Assembly: GCA_964413275.1 (NCBI GenBank)
Contig: CAYPSO010000009.1
Location: forward strand, 3,399-67,398
DNA length: 64,000 nt
Direction: 5' to 3'
Origin: an uncultured bacterium
GTDB lineage: Bacteria > Cyanobacteriota > Cyanobacteriia > Cyanobacteriales > JAABRE01
Below, piece after piece: positions 19,899-27,757 of this stretch. A model generated the notes under the pieces. The model did no database searches. It saw nothing but the letters and a program-made list of their open reading frames with translations, and had not been told where the DNA came from. The translations under genes were made by a program, and so were the position numbers. Numbering within the stretch: the stretch's first letter is position 1; each line of letters opens with the position of its first letter.

Positions 19899-19979
19899 AA
19901 CTATTTATTATACTGACATTTTCTGTATAATCCCCCTGTAGAGAATATTATCCAGAAACTTTCCGCACAATTGCCGATG
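19899..19979. repeat. Direct repeat copy B (81 nt), upstream of vapBC
   Basis: See copy A. The minus-strand reading contains CAGTATAATAAATAG, a -10-like TATAAT. Confidence 0.85.
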
Positions 19980-20131
19980 ATAGCCTGAAACTTTGACCAA
20001 ATAGTTATATTATCCCAAAACGTTCTGAATATCGTTCTATGGACAAACCGATTTGCCGTTGAGTAATTCACAAATATACTAAGATGAGAATGGTTGCCAA
20101 TATCTTATTAAATAAACAATAAATATATAAA

Positions 20132-20680
20132 ATGAGCTTATTTGATTTTTTAGAAACTAGACTAGATGAATTTCTTAAAGATAATCCCTCACTAGAGTTA
20201 GGTGCATTAGCGGAACAATTAAGGGAACAAGAAGAAGATACCCTGAAGTTAATTTATCAATTACAATTAGAAGAAAAGAACTTACAACACGAAATTCTCA
20301 AGTTAGCTGAAGAAATTCAAACTTGGCACAAAAGAGTTAATATTGCTAAAAATGCAGGAGAGTTAGATTTAGCTAAAGCTGCCGAGGCAAGAGAAGCTAG
20401 TTTATTGCATAAAGGAAATCAAGTTTGGGGAAAAATGGAAGGGGCAAAAAAGCGTTCAGAACAATCTAAAGATTTATATAAACAGATACAACAACGACGC
20501 AAACAAATAGAATTAGAAATAACAAAACTGCAAAACAATCAACCAAATAAAAATAGTTATTCTGGTTGGAATGATAATAATAATTATGGTCAATATGGCA
20601 CAAAAAATGATATTTTAGAACAAAAATTTCAAAAATTAGAAATAGATAGAGAATTAGAACAGATGAAAAGAAAAAGTTAA
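20132..20680 (+). CDS. Coiled-coil protein, conserved-cyanobacterial type; function unknown
   Basis: 182 aa. Heptad-rich E/K/Q sequence, with an N/Q-rich tail. Confidence 0.5.
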   Translation: MSLFDFLETRLDEFLKDNPSLELGALAEQLREQEEDTLKLIYQLQLEEKNLQHEILKLAEEIQTWHKRVNIAKNAGELDLAKAAEAREASLLHKGNQVWGKMEGAKKRSEQSKDLYKQIQQRRKQIELEITKLQNNQPNKNSYSGWNDNNNYGQYGTKNDILEQKFQKLEIDRELEQMKRKS

Positions 20681-20922
20681 TAATTTAATTCGTGGTTCGT
20701 ACATAGAGACGCAAAATTAATTATATAAAAATTAAAAAATTTTATATATGTATATCTCATTTTGTATCTTTATTGGATATAATTTTATTAGGAAATAAGG
20801 TTTAAATCCCTTATTGTGACTACTGTACGGGCGAAGGGCAGGAAAGCCCCTACTGACTACTGACTACTCTCTCAACCACTAATTTAAATGCGTGACAGCT
20901 TATGACTTTATTATTAACTAAT

Positions 20923-21492
20923 CTAAATTAAACTTAACCAGCTAAAGAGATCGTTAACAGATAGCTGCCAAGGTGAAAATATCTCAAGAACTGGTAAACT
21001 ATCATTTTTTTGCTTAATTATAGGCTGTTTTCCTTGTATAAAAACCATGACTATTCTCTCTTGAGGATCGATAAGCCAACCTAGTTTACTATTTCGATCT
21101 AGGCAAAAGAGTATTTTATCAATTACACGGATTGGGTTTTGTTCTGGTGAAAGAATTTCGATAATCCAGTCTGGAGCTATGGTAAAGCGATTTTCAATTT
21201 CACCATTAGCATCAAAAGGAATCCTTTGCCACTCAAATACGGCAATATCTGGAACAAGAGAACGTTCGTCAAAAGTAGAGCGCAATTCAGGAAAAGCATA
21301 AGCTAATTTTTGAGGCTGACCAATTTGGTTAATAGCAGTTAATAATTTACCTTGTAAGATACTATGTTTTCCTTGTGGCATTGGCTTTTGATAAATTTCA
21401 CCGTTGATGTATTCACTTGCGGGTTTAGTCTCTGGCAAATTTAAAAATTCTGCTAAAGAAACCTGTTTAGATATATTAGTTGCTATACTCAT
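20923..21492 (-). CDS. Uma2-family endonuclease-like protein, copy 2 of 4
   Basis: YINGEIYQKPMPQGKHS...PDIAVF...PDWIIEILSPEQNPIRVIDKILFCLDRNSKLGWLIDP. Confidence 0.85.
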   Translation of the reverse strand: MSIATNISKQVSLAEFLNLPETKPASEYINGEIYQKPMPQGKHSILQGKLLTAINQIGQPQKLAYAFPELRSTFDERSLVPDIAVFEWQRIPFDANGEIENRFTIAPDWIIEILSPEQNPIRVIDKILFCLDRNSKLGWLIDPQERIVMVFIQGKQPIIKQKNDSLPVLEIFSPWQLSVNDLFSWLSLI

Positions 21493-21664
21493 TAAAATTA
21501 TTTCTCTCGATACTTTTTTAGAATACTTTGTGCGTTGTAATAAAAAAAATTTCAGAGCTTTAGCTATTTTGAATCATCAGGATACCATCCAGCCGGAATT
21601 ACCTTAAAGTCCCATCGATCTTTGAAAATATATACTCGCTCTATAATAATAAAAAATAGCTGTT

Positions 21665-21736
21665 GTAGGGTGGGCAAGATTGATTTTTATCTTAATTATT
21701 TTGTTTCCATAGTTAAACCCGTCTTGCCCACCCTAC
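21665..21736. repeat. GTAGGGTGGGCAAGA...TCTTGCCCACCCTAC inverted repeat with a 40-nt spacer ('GGTGGGCA' palindrome family, long form)
   Basis: Read directly: arms match 15/16. The track ORF 21622..21819 runs through it and is probably spurious. Confidence 0.7.
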
Positions 21737-22008
21737 CATCAAATGGACTAAGGGAAATTTACGAACTATTTAACAAAAGAGGATATTTTAGATCGATCGC
21801 AGATTGTCGTAAAGGATAACGGTAAATTTGGTCAACGGCTTTGAGTAAGTCTTGGATAGCAAATAGTGACCCCTTGACTTCTTGGGCATAATTTTTGAGG
21901 CGATCGATCGTCAGCACTTTTTCTTGGGGATGAACGGGGCTTTTGACCCACTGGGGGTCGGTGAATATTTCTTTAAAATAAGCAGAAGTTTCTTATAATA
22001 AGTTAATT

Positions 22009-23247
22009 ATGATTTATGTAATAGGTATTGGTTTAGATGGAATAGAAGGATTAACTCAAGGGGTAAGAGAAATTATAGCAGAAGCTAGTTTATTAATAGG
22101 AAGCGATCGCCATTTAAGTTATTTTACTAATCATTCTGCACAAAAATTAAAATTAGGTAATTTTCAGGACATAATTCCACAAATTAAAACTAGATTAGAA
22201 GAAAATAATATAGTAATTTTAACCAGTGGAGATCCTTTATTCTTTGGTTTAGGTCGTTTTTTGTTAGAAGAATTACCGAAAGATAAGTTATTATTTTATC
22301 CCCATTTAAGTTCAATTCAATTAGCCTTTAATCGGGTTAAAATACCTTGGCAAGATGCAGAAATTATAAGCTTACATGGCAGGAATTTAGAACAATTAAT
22401 ACCGTTGCTACAACAGGGAAAAGAAAAAATTGGCATATTAACAGATAATGATAATCATCCGGGGGCGATCGCCCAATTATATTTATCTTTAGATATTCCC
22501 ACTAATTATCAATTTTGGGTATGTGAAAATTTAGGGGATAACAAGGAAGAAAAAATTAATTGTTTTGATGACAAAACTTTAGCTAATTTAGATGCAAAAA
22601 ACTTTGCATCTCTTAATATTGTCATTTTAATAAAAACAGAACTATCTCAACAAATAAAATTAGAAAAATTGCCCATATTTGGATTACCAGATGCCACATT
22701 TTCCACTTTTTGCGATCGCCCAGGATTAATGACTAAAAGAGAAATTAGATTATTAGTGTTAGGAGAATTAGAATTACAAGATAAACAAATTGTTTGGGAT
22801 GTTGGAGCGGGTACAGGGAGTGTATCTTTAGAAGTTGCAAGATTATGTCCAGAATCTCAAATTTATTCCATAGAAAAAACGGCAATAGGTATTAGTTTAA
22901 TAAAAAAAAATTGCAAGAAATTAAGAATAAATAATATTATATCAATACAAGGAAAAGCCCCAGAAATATTATCAGAATTGCCTGCTCCTAATCGAATTTT
23001 TATTGGAGGAAGTAGCGGAAAAATAGAAGATATTTTAGAATTATGTATCAAAAAAATTAAGCCAAATGGAGTAATAGTTTTAGCTTTAGCAACCTTAGAA
23101 AATATTACTACTACTTTAAATTGGTTAAAAAATACAAATTATCAATATAATTTATTACAAATCCAAATATCTCGCTCTGTTTCGGTCGCAAATTTAACTC
23201 GTTTTTCCCCTTTAAATCCAGTAACAATCATTAAAATAAATCTATAA
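22009..23247 (+). CDS. cobL: Precorrin-6Y C5,15-methyltransferase (decarboxylating), CbiE/CbiT fusion
   Basis: MIYVIGIGLDGIEGLT...LTSGDPLFFG...and the SAM motif VWDVGAGTGSVSLEVA in the C-terminal half. Confidence 0.9.
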   Translation: MIYVIGIGLDGIEGLTQGVREIIAEASLLIGSDRHLSYFTNHSAQKLKLGNFQDIIPQIKTRLEENNIVILTSGDPLFFGLGRFLLEELPKDKLLFYPHLSSIQLAFNRVKIPWQDAEIISLHGRNLEQLIPLLQQGKEKIGILTDNDNHPGAIAQLYLSLDIPTNYQFWVCENLGDNKEEKINCFDDKTLANLDAKNFASLNIVILIKTELSQQIKLEKLPIFGLPDATFSTFCDRPGLMTKREIRLLVLGELELQDKQIVWDVGAGTGSVSLEVARLCPESQIYSIEKTAIGISLIKKNCKKLRINNIISIQGKAPEILSELPAPNRIFIGGSSGKIEDILELCIKKIKPNGVIVLALATLENITTTLNWLKNTNYQYNLLQIQISRSVSVANLTRFSPLNPVTIIKINL

Positions 23248-23287
23248 ACCTCATACAAAATTTGAGACGATCAAAGTTGAGGATAAA

Positions 23288-23413
23288 GTGTGTAGTGGAT
23301 TGTTTCAGTTAAAAGTGTGCATTAGTAGGGTGGGCAATGCCCACCAAATCATAAAGACAATCAAAATTCTATTGCCCTATTTTAGTTGAAACAGTCCAGT
23401 AGTGGACTGACAC
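23288..23413. repeat. MITE-like nested inverted repeat enclosing a GGTGGGCAATGCCCACC palindrome (23325-23345)
   Basis: GGATTGTTTCAGTTAAAA (23297-23314) pairs with TTTTAGTTGAAACAGTCC (23390-23407). A further IR, GTGGACTGACAC / GTGTCAGCCCAC, spans 23401-23524. Confidence 0.55.
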
Positions 23414-23697
23414 GCCTTAAATATTGCTTTAGAAAAATGCTCAAAGTATTATTAAGTACCTAGACAAAATTAATTTAATAATTTCGCTAAATATCTAATG
23501 CACAGTTTTAGCTGTGTCAGCCCACTGCGGGATTGCGAGCGCGAAGCGTGCCTTTGGCATCGAGCTATAAAATCTAATAACTAATAGACTTCTTGCAGAA
23601 GTCAGGCAATAGGCAATAGGCAATAGTTAGATGAATTTAGGTTTTCTGTATTAGAATTGATTTACGAGTTACTTATGCAAGAGGTCTAATAACTATT

Positions 23698-24321
23698 TTA
23701 ATTTTCCCACGCCAAAATTAATAGAGCATTAAGAATTGCTGCGGCTACAGGAGAACCACCTTTACGACCATTAACAAGAATATGGGATACATTAGTATTA
23801 GCCAAAATCTGTTTAGATTCAATTACATTAACAAAGCCCACAGGTGCGCCAATTACCAAACTAGGTTTAATCGTAGCATTATCTATTTCCTTGCATAAAG
23901 CAATTAAAGCAGTCGGGGCATTACCTATAAGATAAATTGCTTGAGGATATTCCTGAAAGCATTTCACCATAGCGGTTTCAGTACGAGTTTTTCCGGGGGA
24001 TGCTGTAGGGGTATTTTCAATGGCAGCAATTATGGGATTATTCCAAGTTTTACTAACTAAAGTAGCAATGCCCTGCCTAACCATGGTAACATCAGTTATG
24101 ATCGGTGTATTATGAACTAAAGCATTGATTCCAGATTCTATAGCGCGATCGCTAAATTGTAATAAATTGGCATATTCAAAATCAGCAGTAGTATGAATTA
24201 CTCTACGAATAATGGCATATTCTGAGGGGGATATTTTATCTTTAAGTTCCCCCATTTCTGCATCAATAATGGCAAAACTTCGTTCAACAATAGGATGATT
24301 AAGATTTAGTTTATTCCCCAT
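23698..24321 (-). CDS. cobH: Precorrin-8X methylmutase
   Basis: HPIVERSFAIIDAEMG...RRVIHTTADFEY...LIGNAPTAL. Confidence 0.9.
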   Translation of the reverse strand: MGNKLNLNHPIVERSFAIIDAEMGELKDKISPSEYAIIRRVIHTTADFEYANLLQFSDRAIESGINALVHNTPIITDVTMVRQGIATLVSKTWNNPIIAAIENTPTASPGKTRTETAMVKCFQEYPQAIYLIGNAPTALIALCKEIDNATIKPSLVIGAPVGFVNVIESKQILANTNVSHILVNGRKGGSPVAAAILNALLILAWEN

Positions 24322-25088
24322 GTTATTGATGGATAATTTTGCTCCAAAATATAGGTTATCATATCTTCAAACTTTCGTAGTTCTACTTTTTTAATCATAA
24401 GTATAGGTGACTCTTTTTCTAACCATTGTTGGTTTAAATCATCTAGAATAGATACTAAAGATTCCTGTTCAACTTCAGTAGGTATTTTTTCAAAATAACC
24501 TAAAGTAACATGGGCAGTAAAATTATATTGTTGCTCAATTCCTAAAGCCATTAAACTAGGATTTTGGTAAATACAGCGACGTAAAGAAATAATTTGATTA
24601 TAATCTTCTTCACAATCAGGAATCAAGGAAACAATCACTGCACGGGGAAATACAGTTAAACCTAATAATCTAAACTTAAGCGGTTTACTCGGAGAAAAAG
24701 CACTTTTATATTCTTGAAAACTATGGGTAATTGTATCCTGTAATTGATTAGGAAATTGAGGATTTTTCTTGACAGCATCCCGGTAGTCATTATCCCAAAT
24801 TAAATCAGCAATAGTAACATGAAAAGTTGATGGAGGTACGAGGGCAATTAAATCAGGAGAAACTGTTGCTAATAATTGCTGTTGTAGTAATTCTAATTGA
24901 TGATAAAAGTTGTAATTTTCTCTGTCATCTTCCGAGGTAGGAGTCATCACAGTATAACCCGGAAAAGATACTGGTTTTCCACTATCAAATTTAGCTGATT
25001 GGCGAATATTTGCTAACTGATATTGATGAGCTTTGGGTAGAATTGTTGGTGCTACCCTATTAATATAATTTTGATAATTATCGTCCAA
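24306..25088 (-). CDS. 2H-phosphoesterase-superfamily protein (DUF1868-like)
   Basis: Two HxT motifs at the right spacing (STFHVTIADL and FTAHVTLGYF). Its 3' end overlaps the cobH start by 16 nt. Confidence 0.6.
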   Translation of the reverse strand: MDDNYQNYINRVAPTILPKAHQYQLANIRQSAKFDSGKPVSFPGYTVMTPTSEDDRENYNFYHQLELLQQQLLATVSPDLIALVPPSTFHVTIADLIWDNDYRDAVKKNPQFPNQLQDTITHSFQEYKSAFSPSKPLKFRLLGLTVFPRAVIVSLIPDCEEDYNQIISLRRCIYQNPSLMALGIEQQYNFTAHVTLGYFEKIPTEVEQESLVSILDDLNQQWLEKESPILMIKKVELRKFEDMITYILEQNYPSITWGIN

Positions 25089-25110
25089 TTTTAGATTACC
25101 TCTTAAAACT

Positions 25111-26085
25111 ATGCCTGTATATTTTTTTTGGGGAGAAGATGATTTTGCTATTTCCCAAAGGGTGAAAGAGTTAGAAAAATCAATTCTCGATCCTAATTGG
25201 GTTCAATTTAACTATCATAGGATTGATGGCCAACAACCAACAACGATTCTTGATGCTTTAAACGAAGCCATGACTCCTGTTTTTGGCATGGGAGGGCGTT
25301 TGGTGTGGTTAGTTGATACTAGCATATGTCAAAATTGTCCAGATGATATTCTAGCGGAATTAGAAGGTACTTTACCCCAAATTCCTGAATTTTCTCATTT
25401 TTTATTAACTTCCAGTAAAAAACCCGATGGTAGATTAAAATCAACTAAAATTTTGCATAAATATGCTGAAGTTAAAGAATTTTCACCGATACCTCCTTGG
25501 AATAATGAAGCCATTTTAGAGCAAGTAAAACAAATTGCAGGAAAAAAGGGAGTAAAGTTAACTGCCACAGCCGTTGAATTATTGGCTGAATCTGTGGGTA
25601 ATGATACTAGGCAACTTTATAATGAATTAGATAAATTAAGTCTTCATAGTAGCAATCAGATAATAACTAGGGAAGTTGTGGCTGAGTTGGTAAGATGCAA
25701 TACTCGCAATAGCTTACAATTAGCAACTACTATTCTTCAAGGTAAACAGGGAGAAGCTTTAGGTTTAGTCACTGATTTAATTAATAAAAATGAACCAGCT
25801 TTGAGAATTGTGGCAACTTTAGTGGGGCAATTTAGAATTTGGACAATAGTCAAATTAATGATAGAAAAGGGAGAAACTAATGAAAAAACCATTGCCTCTG
25901 CTGCGGAAATAGCCAATCCAAAACGATTATTTTTTGTGCGTAAACAGATTAACTCTATTTCTGCTCAAAAACTATTGGCGACTTTACCCATACTACTAGA
26001 ATTAGAAGCTAGTTTAAAACAGGGAGCAGATAGTATTTCTACTTTACAAACAAAAGTGATTCAATTATGTCAAACTTGTAACTAA
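25111..26085 (+). CDS. holA: DNA polymerase III delta subunit
   Basis: MPVYFFWGEDDFAISQRVKELEKSILDP...with length and pattern typical of HolA. Confidence 0.8.
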   Translation: MPVYFFWGEDDFAISQRVKELEKSILDPNWVQFNYHRIDGQQPTTILDALNEAMTPVFGMGGRLVWLVDTSICQNCPDDILAELEGTLPQIPEFSHFLLTSSKKPDGRLKSTKILHKYAEVKEFSPIPPWNNEAILEQVKQIAGKKGVKLTATAVELLAESVGNDTRQLYNELDKLSLHSSNQIITREVVAELVRCNTRNSLQLATTILQGKQGEALGLVTDLINKNEPALRIVATLVGQFRIWTIVKLMIEKGETNEKTIASAAEIANPKRLFFVRKQINSISAQKLLATLPILLELEASLKQGADSISTLQTKVIQLCQTCN

Positions 26086-26147
26086 ACAGGAACTTTTTAT
26101 CTTGATAATAATTCTAATAACTTGGAGTACAATTAAAATCTTAAACA

Positions 26148-26621
26148 GTGATGTTAGTAACTAAAAATTTATCTCAAACTTTAACAAAAATAATCTTAAC
26201 TACTACCTTAGCAATCACAGGTATTATAATCGGAATTATCCCTGAAATTTCTGATAATTTTTCCCGTGTAAGTTGGAATTATCAAGCCCTAGCACAAAAC
26301 ATTACTAACCAAGAAATTAATCAATATGCTAGAGCAGTTTTAGATATAGAATCTTTACGGATTCAAGCCTTTCAAGATATTGGTAAAATAATGGGTACAC
26401 AAATTAATAGTGATATTACTTGTAATCAACCTCAATCTTTAAATAGTTTAAATCAAGATGCTCGTTCAATTGCTATGAATTATTGTGAGGCTTCTAAGAG
26501 AATTGTTGAAAATACAGGTTTAACTCCAAGTAAATTTAACCAGATTACCAATAATGCTCGCTCTAATCAAAATTTACAAAAACGTATTCAAGATGCCATG
26601 ATTCAAATAAGAAGTAAATAA
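26148..26621 (+). CDS. Signal-anchored DUF4168-like protein
   Basis: N-terminal TM segment, and ITNQEINQYARAVLDIESLRIQAFQDI resembles DUF4168. Confidence 0.45.
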   Translation: MMLVTKNLSQTLTKIILTTTLAITGIIIGIIPEISDNFSRVSWNYQALAQNITNQEINQYARAVLDIESLRIQAFQDIGKIMGTQINSDITCNQPQSLNSLNQDARSIAMNYCEASKRIVENTGLTPSKFNQITNNARSNQNLQKRIQDAMIQIRSK

Positions 26622-26625
26622 TTTT

Positions 26626-27078
26626 ATGTTAATTTTTGAACAAATATTATCTACTGGCAAAGAAGCTAATATTTACTTAAAAAATAATAGAAAAACTCTT
26701 TTAATTTTATCTGTAACTGCGGAACAAAGAAATCGCACTAGGCATCGTTTTCAAAGTGATGAAGGACAAGATATATTTTTAAAGTTATCTAGAGGTATAT
26801 ATCTTAATGATGGTGATTTGTTGCAAGCACAAACAGGAGAATTATTAATAATTAATCCTAAACCTGAGCCAGTTTTAACAATCACCTCAGATAACTATCT
26901 TCAATTAATGAAAGCAGCTTATCATCTCGGCAATCGTCATGCTGCTGTAGAAATTAATCAGAATTATTTAAGAATTTCTCCTGATGCAGTTTTGGCAAAA
27001 ATGATAACTGATTTAGGTTTACAAATTTGCCAAGAAACTGTACCTTTTTATCCAGAAAGCGGAGCGTATAAACATTAA
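26626..27078 (+). CDS. ureE: Urease accessory protein UreE (no His-rich tail)
   Basis: LMKAAYHLGNRHAAVEINQNYLRISPDAVLAKMITDLGL. Confidence 0.85.
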   Translation: MLIFEQILSTGKEANIYLKNNRKTLLILSVTAEQRNRTRHRFQSDEGQDIFLKLSRGIYLNDGDLLQAQTGELLIINPKPEPVLTITSDNYLQLMKAAYHLGNRHAAVEINQNYLRISPDAVLAKMITDLGLQICQETVPFYPESGAYKH

Positions 27079-27755
27079 TGCAAGATCCAGAAAAGTTATT
27101 AATTTTATTACAATTAGTTAGTCCTGGATTGCCAGTTGGTGCTTATAATTATTCCGAGGGATTAGAGGCATTAATTAGTAAAAATATTATTAAAACCCAA
27201 GAAGACTTATTCTCTTGGCTAGAAGCAGAATTGTGTTATGGATCGATTAGAGTAGAAACAGCAATTATTGTTAGAGTATATCACAGTTTATTAATAAAGA
27301 ATTTAGATGATGTCAATTATTGGAATAGTTGGTTATCTGCTGCTAGAGAAAGCAAAGAATTACGAGAACAAAATTGGCAGATGGGACAATCTTTATTCAA
27401 GTTACTATTAAAATTAGAACCTCAAACACAAAGTCTTATCTCCAAGTTAAATTCACCTCATAATTATGCAGTAATCTTTGGATTTGCTATTTATTTCTGG
27501 GAAATAGAGCTTGGTTTTGCCTTAATTAGTTATCTACACAGTTGGGCTTATAATTTAGTAAATGCAGGAGTAAAATTAATTCCTTTAGGACAAACTGCGG
27601 GACAACAAATATTATTTGAACTAAAAAAAATTATTCCTGAAGTTAGCCAAGAAATATTAGGATTAAAAGATAATGAATTAAGTAGTTGTAATTGGGGATT
27701 ATCTTTAGCAACCATGAATCATGAAACCTTATATAGTCGTTTATTTAGAAGCTGA
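27078..27755 (+). CDS. ureF: Urease accessory protein UreF
   Basis: LLQLVSPGLPVGAYNYSEGLE. The ATG overlaps the ureE stop (TAATG). Confidence 0.85.
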   Translation: MQDPEKLLILLQLVSPGLPVGAYNYSEGLEALISKNIIKTQEDLFSWLEAELCYGSIRVETAIIVRVYHSLLIKNLDDVNYWNSWLSAARESKELREQNWQMGQSLFKLLLKLEPQTQSLISKLNSPHNYAVIFGFAIYFWEIELGFALISYLHSWAYNLVNAGVKLIPLGQTAGQQILFELKKIIPEVSQEILGLKDNELSSCNWGLSLATMNHETLYSRLFRS

Positions 27756-27757
27756 TT

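Noticed and set aside
21564-21626. Minus-strand fragment ..FKDRWDFKVIPAGWYPDDSK* reminiscent of the 'GWYPDP' DUF2510 motif
   Set aside because: It spans only about 20 codons, has no start, and the motif match is too short to mean anything.
21404-21819. Track ORFs 21404..21607 (+) and 21622..21819 (+)
   Set aside because: The first overlaps the Uma2 gene start antisense. The second is threaded through the long GGTGGGCA inverted repeat, so it is repeat-derived rather than coding.
21815-21990. Minus-strand open frame (..VLTIDRLKNYAQEVKGSLFAIQDLLKAVDQIYRYPLRQSAIDLKYPLLLNSS*) and a possible cobalamin riboswitch upstream of cobL
   Set aside because: The frame has no ATG (only an internal GTG) and no recognisable family. 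I looked for B12-box-like elements (..GCCACTG..) on the cobL strand and found only GACCCACTGGGGG, which is not convincing. Either needs a covariance-model scan (Rfam RF00174).
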